Positions 19,887-29,566 of a stretch of 64,000 bases of DNA are shown here, piece by piece (position 1 is the first letter of the stretch; the number at the start of each line of letters is the position of its first letter). Both the position numbers and the translations under genes were made by a program. This DNA comes from an uncultured delta proteobacterium. GTDB taxonomy: Bacteria; Desulfobacterota; Desulfobacteria; Desulfobacterales; JAFDCJ01. The notes below the pieces were generated by a model that searched no databases, had not been told where the DNA came from, and saw only the letters and a program-made list of their open reading frames with translations. The stretch covers positions 64,001 through 128,000 of the forward strand of contig CAVYNY010000007.1 in assembly GCA_963769935.1 (NCBI GenBank). The letters are read 5' to 3'.

Positions 19887-19930
19887 TAAAATTTTGTTTG
19901 TCCGGGGCGTGGCAAACGAAATATTTTCGG

Positions 19931-21430
19931 CTAATTCGAGAGATTCTTTGGATCCAGCTGCGCCGCTGCCTCTTGGTCCTGCTCATCCCTCCAGCCGCCG
20001 CCCAGGGCTTTGAAAAGCGCCACCAGGTTGGTGGACACGCTGCCGGTGCTTTGGACCAGGGCGTCCTCGGTAGCGTATAACGATCGCTGGGCATCCAGGA
20101 CGTTCAGAAAATCCGTTTGCCCCTGGGTGTAAAGCATTGTCGCCAGGTCGACGGCCTTTCGGTTAGCGCCGACTGCATCAACCAGGCTCCGGCGATGTTC
20201 TTCTTCCTTTGAGGACGCAATCAGCGCATTTTCGACTTCCTGCAGCGCGCTGAGTACAGTCTGCCGGTAGGCGATCAATGATTGATCCTGCACGGCTTTT
20301 TGCAGCTCGATGTTGGAGCGGGTGCGGTTCATATCGAACACATTCCAGCTCACCGAAGGACCAAAAGACCATATCCGACTGGTCCAGTCGAACCATGAAC
20401 TGAAATCAGCAGACCTCAGTCCGGCGGAGCCGAATATGGTAAATTTGGGAAACAGGTCGGCCGTGGCCACGCCGATACGCGCCGTGGCAGCATGAATTTC
20501 CGCTTCTGCAAGGCGGATGTCCGGACGCCGGCGAAGCAGGTCAGCCGGAACGCCCGGCGGCGGTGAGGGGGGAGCCGGGGGAATAATCTCCGGCGGAGAC
20601 AATTCCGGGAGCAGGGCCGCCGGATCCATGCCCAGCAGGACACTCAGGCTGTAAATCGACTGACGGGCCGCGGACTCCAGCAGCGGGATCTGGGCCGCCG
20701 TGGTTGCCACCTGGGCGTCGGCGTTGGCGACGTCCAGACCGCCGACGAATCCGCCCTGAAACCGTTGGCGGGTCAGGTCGGCGCTATGCTTTTGGGCGGC
20801 AAGATTCTGACGGGCTATGGCGATTCGCTGCTGAAATGCGCGCAAATCGATGTAGTTTCGCGCCACCTCGGCCGTCAATGTTACCAGCACGTCCCGCCGT
20901 GTCTCCACAGCGGCTTGCAGGTCGGCGTCGGCGGCTTCGATCTCGCGCCGGACGCCGCCGAAAATGTCAAGTTCCCAGCCGGCATCGAAACCGGCCTGAT
21001 ACTGATTGGAAATAACACCTTCACTTTTGCCGTTGCCGGCTCCCGACGACCGGCTGCGCTGGTAGGCGCCGGTGGCATCCACCGTGGGTCCGATACCGGC
21101 CGCGACGACGCCGCGCGCCGCCCGTGCCTGGCGGATCCGTGCTTCGGCCTGCCTGAGGTCCAGGTTGGATTGAACGGCGCTGTCAACCAGGGAAACCAGC
21201 GTCGGATCGTCGAAAAGGGTCCACCAGCGGGCCAATTCCGTCTCAGCCGCAGTGGCTGATCGGGGCTCAACGGTCGGTCCGGACCAGTCGGCCGGCAGCG
21301 TTGTATGCGGCCGCTGGAAATTCGGCCCGACCATACAGCCGCTCAAGATCGCCGCAGAGAGCCATATCACTAGGACCAAATTTCGTCCGCGCATTCGTTT
21401 TTGAAAAACCGGATTTGCTGTATGTTGCAT
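19931..21430 (-). CDS. Outer membrane efflux lipoprotein (NodT/OprM/TolC family)
   Basis: LSGCMVGP lipobox, WWTLFDDP, WELDIFG, LLRRRPDI, LFKALGGGW; true start may be slightly downstream. Confidence 0.92.
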   Translation of the reverse strand: MQHTANPVFQKRMRGRNLVLVIWLSAAILSGCMVGPNFQRPHTTLPADWSGPTVEPRSATAAETELARWWTLFDDPTLVSLVDSAVQSNLDLRQAEARIRQARAARGVVAAGIGPTVDATGAYQRSRSSGAGNGKSEGVISNQYQAGFDAGWELDIFGGVRREIEAADADLQAAVETRRDVLVTLTAEVARNYIDLRAFQQRIAIARQNLAAQKHSADLTRQRFQGGFVGGLDVANADAQVATTAAQIPLLESAARQSIYSLSVLLGMDPAALLPELSPPEIIPPAPPSPPPGVPADLLRRRPDIRLAEAEIHAATARIGVATADLFPKFTIFGSAGLRSADFSSWFDWTSRIWSFGPSVSWNVFDMNRTRSNIELQKAVQDQSLIAYRQTVLSALQEVENALIASSKEEEHRRSLVDAVGANRKAVDLATMLYTQGQTDFLNVLDAQRSLYATEDALVQSTGSVSTNLVALFKALGGGWRDEQDQEAAAQLDPKNLSN

Positions 21431-21481
21431 ATTCCATGTCCTTTTAAGGCCGAGCCCGGATCCTGCCGCTGGACACCGCTA

Positions 21482-22855
21482 TCATTCGTAGCGCAAGGCT
21501 TCAATCGGGTCCAAGCGCGAGGCTTTCCAGGCCGGGTAAAATCCAAAGACCATGCCGACGCCGGCTGAAACCAGTACAGCAGCGGCAACAGCCGCCGGTG
21601 AAGTTTCCACCGGCCAGTGCAGCAGCAGCCATACGAGGTACGATCCGCCGTGACCCAGCAGGATACCCATGGCACCGCCCACCATACAAAGGACCACGGC
21701 TTCCACCAGGAATTGGCGCAAAATGTCCCGGCCACGGGCACCGACCGCCATGCGCAGCCCGATCTCGCGCGTTCGCTCGGTAACCGAAACGAACATGATG
21801 TTCATGATGCCGACGCCGCCGACCACCAGCGAGATCATGGCCACACACAAAAGCAGATTGGTCATCAAGGTCGTGGTGGAGGAGAGGGTATTGGTCATTT
21901 CGGTCATATCGCGTACGGTGAAGTCTTCCGGCTCACCGGGTTGAATGCGATGACGCTCGCGCAGCACGGCCGTGATTTCCTTGATGGCGGCCGGGATCTC
22001 AGCGGTGCTGCGCGCCGCCGTATAGATCTGGTCGATGTTGGCAAATCGCACCGGCATGGGATTATCGGCCGCCTGAACTGCGGATCTTGCGGGGTAGAGG
22101 CTCGGCGCATCGCCGGGATAAAGGTTGCTCAAAGTGTTGACTGAGCTGGAGGCGGTGTCGCTGCCGGCGCTTTGATTCGTATTTTCCAGGGCGGCGCCCG
22201 TCACGCGGTACTTGATCGTCGTCCAGGGCGCCAGGAGGATATCGTCCTGGTCGCTGCCCATCATGTTGGCCCCCTTGGCGCTCAGCACCCCCACCACTCG
22301 AAAGGGAACGTTTTTTACACGGATCTCCTTGCCGACGGGAAACTCCCCCTGAAACAACTCCCGCGCCACGGTCTGTCCGAGCACGCAGACCTTGCCGGCG
22401 GTGAGAACGTCGCGTTCGCTGAACATCTCGCCTTCGGCCAGGTTGCTCCATTCCCGTATATCCAGAAAAGACGGGGTCGTGCCGTAAATGGACGAAGGCA
22501 CCCAGTTGCGGCTGCCGTAAACCACCTGGGTACGGGCACGCACAACGGGGGCGGCGCTGCGGACGGATGGACACGCGCGCAGGATCGCCTCATAGTCCTG
22601 AGGCTTCAGGGTGGTGACGGTTCCGGCACCGAAGCTGATGCCTCCGCTGGCCGCCGTACCGGGCCTGATCATCATAACGTTGGCACCCATGCTGGCAATG
22701 GTTTTTTGCAGGGCCGACGAGGAGCCGGTACCGATTTCCATCATGGCGATCACAGCTGCCACGCCGATGACGATCCCGAGCGTTGTCAGCATGGCGCGCA
22801 TCGGGTTGCGCTGCAAGGCTTTCATGGCAGTTCGGACGATGCGGTAGGCAGTCAT
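21482..22855 (-). CDS. MacB-family ABC transporter permease
   Basis: LTTLGIVIGV, VGGVGIMNIMFVSVTERTREIGLRMAVGA, LDPIEALRYE. Confidence 0.93.
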   Translation of the reverse strand: MTAYRIVRTAMKALQRNPMRAMLTTLGIVIGVAAVIAMMEIGTGSSSALQKTIASMGANVMMIRPGTAASGGISFGAGTVTTLKPQDYEAILRACPSVRSAAPVVRARTQVVYGSRNWVPSSIYGTTPSFLDIREWSNLAEGEMFSERDVLTAGKVCVLGQTVARELFQGEFPVGKEIRVKNVPFRVVGVLSAKGANMMGSDQDDILLAPWTTIKYRVTGAALENTNQSAGSDTASSSVNTLSNLYPGDAPSLYPARSAVQAADNPMPVRFANIDQIYTAARSTAEIPAAIKEITAVLRERHRIQPGEPEDFTVRDMTEMTNTLSSTTTLMTNLLLCVAMISLVVGGVGIMNIMFVSVTERTREIGLRMAVGARGRDILRQFLVEAVVLCMVGGAMGILLGHGGSYLVWLLLHWPVETSPAAVAAAVLVSAGVGMVFGFYPAWKASRLDPIEALRYE

Positions 22856-23610
22856 CGCACACCTCCCGCTGCCGCTGCGACGGGCAGGGCGTCTATCGGC
22901 AAATCGTCCGCTTTTGCATGCACATCGAAGCTTCCGGCCCTGATCACGCCGTCGTGAATATTGATGACACGCCTGGCATGGCAGGCCACATTGGCGTCGT
23001 GGGTGACCAGGATGATGGTGATGCCCTCCTGTTCGTTGAGCTGCTGGAACATGTGCAGGACGTCTGCGCTGGTGCGTGAGTCCAGGTTGCCCGTGGGCTC
23101 GTCGGCAAAGAGCACCGCCGGACGGTTTACGAGCGCCCGGGCAATCGCCACGCGCTGCTGCTGGCCGCCGGAAAGTTGAGAAGGCTGGTGATCCAGACGC
23201 TCTTGCAGTCCGACCCGGCAGAGCATTTCCTCGGCCCGGCGCCGGGTCTCACGGTCGGATAGACGGGCGGATGCATAGGTCAGCGGCATGGCCACGTTCT
23301 CCAGGGCACTGGTGCGCGGCAGCAGGTTGAAGTTCTGGAAAACGAAGCCAATCTTGTGATTGCGTGCTATGGCACGCTGATCGGGGGACAGCCGGGACAC
23401 TTCCTGCCCGTCGAGCCAGTATTCACCGGAACTCGGACGGTCCAGGCACCCGAGGATATTCATCAGCGTGCTCTTGCCGGATCCGGATGCACCCATCAGG
23501 GCCACCAGCTCTCCCCGGGCCACGACCAGCGACACTCCCTTGAGCACCGGAACATCGAGGTCCCCCATCTGATAGGTTTTGCAAATATGACGCAGTTCAA
23601 TCAGTTCCAT
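22852..23610 (-). CDS. MacB/LolD-family ABC ATPase
   Basis: GASGSGKST, LSGGQQQRVAIAR, ADEPTGNLD. Confidence 0.94.
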   Translation of the reverse strand: MELIELRHICKTYQMGDLDVPVLKGVSLVVARGELVALMGASGSGKSTLMNILGCLDRPSSGEYWLDGQEVSRLSPDQRAIARNHKIGFVFQNFNLLPRTSALENVAMPLTYASARLSDRETRRRAEEMLCRVGLQERLDHQPSQLSGGQQQRVAIARALVNRPAVLFADEPTGNLDSRTSADVLHMFQQLNEQEGITIILVTHDANVACHARRVINIHDGVIRAGSFDVHAKADDLPIDALPVAAAAGGVR

Positions 23611-23624
23611 GACTTAGTTGCCTC

Positions 23625-25001
23625 CTAAGAACCGGACTTCCGTCCGGCGCTGCCGCTGCCGCGCCGCGGGATCTTCGGTGCGAACGGGTTGGTCGTATCG
23701 CTGCCTTCGGCGGCCCGGCTCTGTTGTCCAATAATAATTTCAAGTCCTTCCGTGAGATGATCACCCTCGACTTCCGTCATGCCGCCGTCGGTCAGCCCGA
23801 GGCGTACCCGCACAGGCCGCACCTGTTCACCGTCCGGAATCCAGAGGATTCCTCCCTTCGCTGCGTCGCCGGCAGTCCGGTCCGTTGTTGAGGAATTCGG
23901 CCGGGTGCCTTTGGATTTACCGTCTTGCGCGGCATTGGTCGTCGATGTCTCTTTAAATTGCGGTGCAACTTGCGCCTGAGGCGGCTGCCACCGCAGGGCT
24001 GCGTTCGGAACGAGCAGGACATCGCTGCGGCGGTTCAACTCAAACTGCACATTGGCGCTCAGGTAGGGCAGCAGGCGCCCGTTGCGGTTTTCGGTGACGA
24101 TTTCTACAGTGTAGGTCACGACGTTCTGGGTCATGGAGGCGTTCAAGCGGATTTTTCCGACCTGGCCTTCAAACGTCTCGCCGGGGAACGCATCCAGCGT
24201 GAATGTGACCGGCTGGCCCTGCTGAATCTTGCCGATGTCGGCCTCGTTCACCGCCACCCAGACCTGCATACGGGTAAGGTCTTTGGCAATCAGAAAGAGG
24301 CTGGGGGCATTCAGACTGGCGACGACCGTCTGGCCGATATTGACCCGGCGATCGATAATAACTCCGCTTACCGGAGACGTGATCGTACAGTAGCTGAGGT
24401 TGCGTTGCGCCCGCCGCAAAACGGCCTGCGCCTGGGCCCGACCGGCCTGGGCCTGCAGGATGGCCGCCTTGCCGATCGCCACATTGGCGACCGCGGTCTG
24501 ATAGGCCGCCTGGTAGGCATCGTAGCTGGATTCGGCCAAGGCTTGCGAAGGTCCAAGCTTTCTGGCGCGCTGCCAGTCGCGTTGGGCTTGGTTAAGCTTG
24601 GCATTCAATTGCTGCAAGTCGGCTTCGGCGCGCTGCAGATTCGCCTCGGCGGCCTGAACCTGGGCCTCTGCCTCGGCCGCCTCCGCCGTATACAACGAAT
24701 CATCGATTTTGGCCAAAACCGTACCTTCCGTGACCTTCGAACCGTAATCAACAGATTTGCCGTCCGCGTCCAAGCCGAAAGACAGGATTTGTCCGGCGAC
24801 CTGGGCCCCGACGTCGATCACTTCCTCAGGCTCCACGGTTCCGGTGGCGCTGATGGCAAGGAGCAGATCTCCGCGGGTTACCTGTGCCGTTTGATACGAA
24901 ATTGCCCCTTCACTACCGGGGTTGAGATACCAGCCGGCAACCACAGCGGCCGTTCCCAATACAATGATTGCGATCACTGCTTTTTTTATCAGATGTTGCA
25001 T
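23625..25001 (-). CDS. MacA-family membrane fusion protein
   Basis: ATGTVEP, VGAQVAG, ITSPVSGVII, GQTVVAS, VPNAALR. Confidence 0.92.
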   Translation of the reverse strand: MQHLIKKAVIAIIVLGTAAVVAGWYLNPGSEGAISYQTAQVTRGDLLLAISATGTVEPEEVIDVGAQVAGQILSFGLDADGKSVDYGSKVTEGTVLAKIDDSLYTAEAAEAEAQVQAAEANLQRAEADLQQLNAKLNQAQRDWQRARKLGPSQALAESSYDAYQAAYQTAVANVAIGKAAILQAQAGRAQAQAVLRRAQRNLSYCTITSPVSGVIIDRRVNIGQTVVASLNAPSLFLIAKDLTRMQVWVAVNEADIGKIQQGQPVTFTLDAFPGETFEGQVGKIRLNASMTQNVVTYTVEIVTENRNGRLLPYLSANVQFELNRRSDVLLVPNAALRWQPPQAQVAPQFKETSTTNAAQDGKSKGTRPNSSTTDRTAGDAAKGGILWIPDGEQVRPVRVRLGLTDGGMTEVEGDHLTEGLEIIIGQQSRAAEGSDTTNPFAPKIPRRGSGSAGRKSGS

Positions 25002-25090
25002 GAGTCCATCCTCCCTGAAACGTATTAAACAGTCGTTAAGTGTTCCGAGGTTTAATCATATGATAGCAATCAATTGTGGAGAAAATATGA

Positions 25091-25276
25091 AGCAAAAGTG
25101 GGGAAATTGTAGAAAATGATAATTGCGCGCTTTACTCGGTTGAGGACGCATCGGCCTGCAGGATCAATGACTGGAATTCCATTGCCTGCAACGCCACACA
25201 GGTGTCGGGAGATTGCATGACCGTTGTCGATAACACCTGCCGCAATGTGAATTTCGGCATTATTTTGAATGGTTAG
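25091..25276 (+). pseudogene. Possible remnant of a parallel beta-helix protein
   Basis: Start-less frame reading LYSVEDAS..NDWNSIACNATQVSGDCMTVVDNTCRNVNFGII; resemblance by eye only. Confidence 0.25.
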
Positions 25277-25398
25277 GGAGAAGTAGGTTGACAATGATAC
25301 CGGTATTGGATATTTTGATCGTATTGATGACATCTGGCTGGAAGCATTCCCAACCTGCAGGTTTCCCGAAAAATGACAGCTCAACGGAAAGTAAGGCT

Positions 25399-25806
25399 AT
25401 GGCAAACAGAGCCATCGATTGGCTGAATCAGGCGGAAGGTGACTTGAATCACAGCAAGAATGCCAGGAAGGTCGGCGATTACGACTGGGCGTGTTTTGCC
25501 GCCCAGCAGGCTGCGGAAAAGGCGGTTAAGGGGCTGATGCTTTCAAAAGGCGGTGAGGGCTGGGGCCATTCGGTGATGCGGCTGCTCAAGGATCTTTCCG
25601 CAATTATGAAGATTTCGGAAAGTTTGATCCGATCCGGTATGATGCTGGACAAACATTATATTCCTACCCGCTACCCCAATGGTTTCGACACCGGCGCACC
25701 CAAAGAGTATTACACCGATGAAGAAGCAGAAAAAGCCATCCGGGACGCGCAGCAAATATACGACTTTTGCCGTCAGTCGTTTTCTAAATCCGGAGCCGGT
25801 GATTGA
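25399..25806 (+). CDS. HEPN-domain protein
   Basis: WLNQAEGDL, ACFAAQQAAEKAVK, GHS, HYIPTRYP. Confidence 0.88.
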   Translation: MANRAIDWLNQAEGDLNHSKNARKVGDYDWACFAAQQAAEKAVKGLMLSKGGEGWGHSVMRLLKDLSAIMKISESLIRSGMMLDKHYIPTRYPNGFDTGAPKEYYTDEEAEKAIRDAQQIYDFCRQSFSKSGAGD

Positions 25807-26089
25807 CGAGCTCAAAGCAGCCGTACGGAGGCTAAAAAAACGCCGCCCTGATATACAGGCCGTATATCTTTTCGGCTCTTATGCCTCAGGGACCCCGGGG
25901 CCGAAAAGCGACGCGGATCTCATCATCGTCACCGAAGAAAGCTCCATGGAGGACATCCAAACGCAACTCCTGCAGGTTTCCGTTCCGGTGGATCTCTATC
26001 TGCTGAATCCTACCGTATTCCGGCAAAAAGCGGCTGCGGAAGAAGGCATTGCAGCTGTCGCGGTCCGCAGCGGCATCAAACTCCTTTAA
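25718..26089 (+). CDS. Minimal nucleotidyltransferase (MNT), partner of HEPN; start uncertain
   Basis: VYLFGSYASG...SDADL (GSx10DxD), PVDL; overlaps the HEPN 3' end. Confidence 0.85.
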   Translation: MKKQKKPSGTRSKYTTFAVSRFLNPEPVIDELKAAVRRLKKRRPDIQAVYLFGSYASGTPGPKSDADLIIVTEESSMEDIQTQLLQVSVPVDLYLLNPTVFRQKAAAEEGIAAVAVRSGIKLL

Positions 26090-26155
26090 CCTCCGCCGAA
26101 TATAATAAATACATGTATGATCGACTCTTTTTTTAACGGCGGGAGGTGTAGACCT

Positions 26156-27187
26156 ATGAAGGCACTGGTTTATAAAGGACCTGGAATCATTGAACTCGAA
26201 GATATTGAGCATCCGGTACCGGTTGAAGATGAATCACTCGTCAAAGTTCGGGCTGTGGGTATTTGTGGATCGGATTTTGAGGGGTTTTTAGGTAAGACCG
26301 GCAGGCGGACGCCTCCCATGGTCATGGGCCATGAACTGGCAGGCACAATCGAGATGCCTGCGGCAAAGAGCCGGCTGGAAAAAGGAGATAAAGTCGTCAT
26401 TCAGCCTAAACTTTATTGCGGTGAATGCGCATTTTGCGGCCAGGGTCTCACGAATCTATGCCCCGGGGCCGAGTTTTTCGGTGTCATGTCCAAAAACGGC
26501 GGTATGGCAGAATATCTGGCGGTGCCGGAGCGATGTCTGCATCGCGTCAGAGAGGATCTAAAGGTCCAAAAGGCCTGCATGACTGAACCGCTGGCCGTGG
26601 CTTACCGGGCGGCCCATCAGGTCCCGGAGAACACCCTGCGCCGGGCTGGATACACGCTGCTGGTGGGGGCAGGCACCATTGGGCTTTTGATTTTACAGTT
26701 GATCAGACTCCGAGGCGCTCGCAACATCATCGTCAGCGACATGTCCGATTACCGTCTGGACATCGCTCAAACTTTGGGGGCTGAATTTCGCATCAATCCG
26801 CAGAAAGAAGACTTTCCGGCACGTATTCGGGAGATAACCGCCAACGAGATGGTGGATGTTGCCTTTGAGGCGGTCGGATTTGCCGCATCTGTTTCCCAGG
26901 CCCACAGTGCCCTGAAAAATCGTGGAACCATCGTATGGGTGGGTCTTGCCCAGCAAATGATTGAGATCAGTATGCATCGAATCGTAACTGCAGAATTAAA
27001 TGTTTGCGGCTCTTTTCTCTATTCGGAAAAAGATTTCAGCGATAGTTTGAAGTTGATCGAGGCCGGTAAAATCCAGTTGGATCCAATCATTACAAAGTCA
27101 GTGGACCTGGAGGAGGGTGTAGGAGCTTTTAAGAATCTTCAAAACAACCAAGACGGTCAGATTATAAAGATAATTCTTCAAAGATGA
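26156..27187 (+). CDS. Zinc-dependent medium-chain (polyol/sugar) dehydrogenase
   Basis: GICGSD, GHE, CGECAFC...C structural Zn site, EPLAV, GAGTIG. Confidence 0.9.
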   Translation: MKALVYKGPGIIELEDIEHPVPVEDESLVKVRAVGICGSDFEGFLGKTGRRTPPMVMGHELAGTIEMPAAKSRLEKGDKVVIQPKLYCGECAFCGQGLTNLCPGAEFFGVMSKNGGMAEYLAVPERCLHRVREDLKVQKACMTEPLAVAYRAAHQVPENTLRRAGYTLLVGAGTIGLLILQLIRLRGARNIIVSDMSDYRLDIAQTLGAEFRINPQKEDFPARIREITANEMVDVAFEAVGFAASVSQAHSALKNRGTIVWVGLAQQMIEISMHRIVTAELNVCGSFLYSEKDFSDSLKLIEAGKIQLDPIITKSVDLEEGVGAFKNLQNNQDGQIIKIILQR

Positions 27188-27350
27188 AAAATCATTTGAA
27201 ATTCTTCTTGAACGCGAAAGCAATACAAGTATATTGAGAACTTTTGATCTTCCGGTCATCGGCCGCTACTTTCCGGAATATGAAAAGGTGATTCGTAAGA
27301 TGATTAGCGGTTAAATTAAGAGCAGAAATCGCCTCATTGCTCAATTGCTC

Positions 27351-28133
27351 TCAGAGTATCGTCAGATCTTCATCTTTGAGGTCCGAGACAAACATATGGC
27401 CCGGGGCATGGGTGATCACCCGGAAAAGCGGGACGGAGGTTGCCGCCAGCTGGGAGGTGACGCCGCAGGCCCAGAAAACGGGAATTTCGCCGGACCGAAT
27501 CGTAACGGGATCACCGAATTGCGGATGATCCAGGTCCTTGATTCCTATTTTCTCTGGATCTCCCAGGTGCACCGGAGCGCCGTGAGTCAAATGAAAGCGG
27601 GTGGTCACCTGAACAGCCCGGATGGCCTGCCGGGGTGTCATGGGGCGCATGGTGACCACCAGCGGCGCCGAAAAGGGGCCGGCCGGGACGCAATTTTGGT
27701 TGGTGGTATACATCGAGACATTTTTGTTTTCTTCGATATTTCTGATCGGCAGACCGGCGGCGAGCATGGCGTTTTCAAACGAAAAACTGCAGCCCAGCAA
27801 AAAGCTGACCGTATCATCCGTAAAAAAATCGCGCACATCTTCGACGTCGGTTTGGTATTCGCCGTTCTCAAAAATTTTGTAGCGCGGAAGATCCGTGCGC
27901 AGATCAGCGCCAGGCGCGATGAGCGGTTCGACCCGACCGGGCTCCAGCACATCCAGGATGGGGCAGGGTTTGGGATTGCGGACGCAGAAAAGCAGAAAAT
28001 TAAAGGCCTCATCCGCCGGCAGCATCACCAGGTTGGCCTGCAGATAGCCTGAGGCGGCGCCCGAGGTGGGTGTGGTCCATTCGCGGTTGCGGATGAGATT
28101 GCGTAATTCTTTGGGGTTTAGATTAGGGTTCAT
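27351..28133 (-). CDS. DUF1445 putative hydro-lyase (D-glutamate cyclase-like)
   Basis: QANLV, RNPKPCP, DLRTDLPRY, GCSFSFE, HGAPVH, FWACGVT, THAPGHM. Confidence 0.88.
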   Translation of the reverse strand: MNPNLNPKELRNLIRNREWTTPTSGAASGYLQANLVMLPADEAFNFLLFCVRNPKPCPILDVLEPGRVEPLIAPGADLRTDLPRYKIFENGEYQTDVEDVRDFFTDDTVSFLLGCSFSFENAMLAAGLPIRNIEENKNVSMYTTNQNCVPAGPFSAPLVVTMRPMTPRQAIRAVQVTTRFHLTHGAPVHLGDPEKIGIKDLDHPQFGDPVTIRSGEIPVFWACGVTSQLAATSVPLFRVITHAPGHMFVSDLKDEDLTIL

Positions 28134-28159
28134 TACTATTGCGACCTCCATAATTCGTT

Positions 28160-28231
28160 TGCCGGTTTGCCCGTTGCCCCGTGGCCCGTTCTGCATTTAT
28201 ACCGGCTCAACTGGCAAACGGGCAAACCGGC
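28160..28231. repeat. Inverted-arm octamer element (TTGCCCGT family)
   Basis: tgccggtt-tgcccgt-tgccccgt-ggcccgtt ... actggcaa-acgggcaa-accggc. Confidence 0.65.
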
Positions 28232-28249
28232 CTACTTTTATAAGTACTT

Positions 28250-29449
28250 TTAAATAATCATTATCTCCTCCGGATACTTCCCCAACTGCTCCAAGCCATC
28301 CCGGGTCACCACATGGGTGTTTTCGATGCCGACCACCCCCCGATCCGGAAAGATCAGCTTGGGTTCCAGGGCGATGGTCATGCCTTCCTTTAATTTGAGT
28401 TTTTGACCGGTGGCCAGAAAAGGAAATTCATCCACTTCCAGTCCGATCCCGTGACCGACAAAGCGCACGCGCTCTCTGCCGGTTCCCATAAAATATTGCT
28501 CATAGCCTAATTCAGCGGTTTTTTCCAGGGCCTGATCGTAAATTGCGCCGGAGGGTGTGCCCGGTCTGGCAATTTTTTTTATCATCTCCTGGACCTGCAG
28601 CATGGCGGCATGCGCATCCAGCAGTTCCTGCGGCAAAGCCCCCAGTGAGTAGATGCGGGTATGATCGGAAAGATAGCCGTTGTAGGCAAAGACATAATCA
28701 ACCATAACCGGTTCATGGCGCCGTATGATTTTATAGCCTGGTCCCTGGGCCATCGCCGGACCGGGACCGGCGCCGCCGGTGGGAGAGGACAGATAACTGG
28801 GCACGGCGCCGCTGGGGCCTGACAGCAGATGCCCGTAAAACATTTCACTGCCCCACAGCCGCATCCGTATGGCCCCCTGGTGCCCCAGCCTTCTGGCTTC
28901 GGCTTCAATCAACCCGGCAAGCTCCAGCTCCGTTGCACCTTCGCGCAGGACGCTGGGAACCCAGGCGGCGACCTGATCCGAGAGTGCGGCCGCCCGCCGC
29001 ATGATGCCGATTTCATGGGAAGATTTTACGGCGCGCAGCAGCCGGATCGGATAGGAGATATCCGTTATCTCGATGCCGTTGAAAATCCGTTGATAGTTGA
29101 GAAACATATTGGTGGGCAGGACATCCAACTCCAAGCCCAGGCTTTTGGGCAGGTCATAGCCCCTTGCGTTAAGGATATCCGGAATGTGTCTGGGACTATC
29201 CAGGTGTACGATGGTTGCCAGGTTGGATTCGGCCCTGGCCCGTTCCGTGTTTTTGTTCACCATCAGGACGGGGTCTGCCTCAGCCGGTACGTAGAGACAG
29301 GCCTGCTGGAAGGTGCCGGAAAAATACAGCAGATCGACGCGTTGTACAATCAGGGCGGCATCGATGCCGTTTTGGCTGAGATGGTCCTTTAGGTTATTGA
29401 TGCGCTGTTCAAGTTCCGCCCCGGGGGTGTTGAATTCAGAATTGTACAC
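28250..29449 (-). CDS. M24 Xaa-Pro peptidase family protein
   Basis: RAVKS, DYVF...YLSDHTR, GHGIGLEVDE, ALEP, GIENT. Confidence 0.9.
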   Translation of the reverse strand: MYNSEFNTPGAELEQRINNLKDHLSQNGIDAALIVQRVDLLYFSGTFQQACLYVPAEADPVLMVNKNTERARAESNLATIVHLDSPRHIPDILNARGYDLPKSLGLELDVLPTNMFLNYQRIFNGIEITDISYPIRLLRAVKSSHEIGIMRRAAALSDQVAAWVPSVLREGATELELAGLIEAEARRLGHQGAIRMRLWGSEMFYGHLLSGPSGAVPSYLSSPTGGAGPGPAMAQGPGYKIIRRHEPVMVDYVFAYNGYLSDHTRIYSLGALPQELLDAHAAMLQVQEMIKKIARPGTPSGAIYDQALEKTAELGYEQYFMGTGRERVRFVGHGIGLEVDEFPFLATGQKLKLKEGMTIALEPKLIFPDRGVVGIENTHVVTRDGLEQLGKYPEEIMII

Positions 29450-29566
29450 GTGCTAAGAATTCCTTTCCTTTCTGGATACTGGATGCTGGATGTTTTAGGT
29501 GTGCACAACCTAACAATACCGGATACCTTGTGATCATTTGTCATTTGGGGAATTGCGGCGCGTGCT

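Noticed and set aside
23925..25028. Long antisense ORFs (also 5800-6582, 8927-9703, 62208-63353)
   Set aside because: Shadow frames of GC-rich genes with no motifs or RBS
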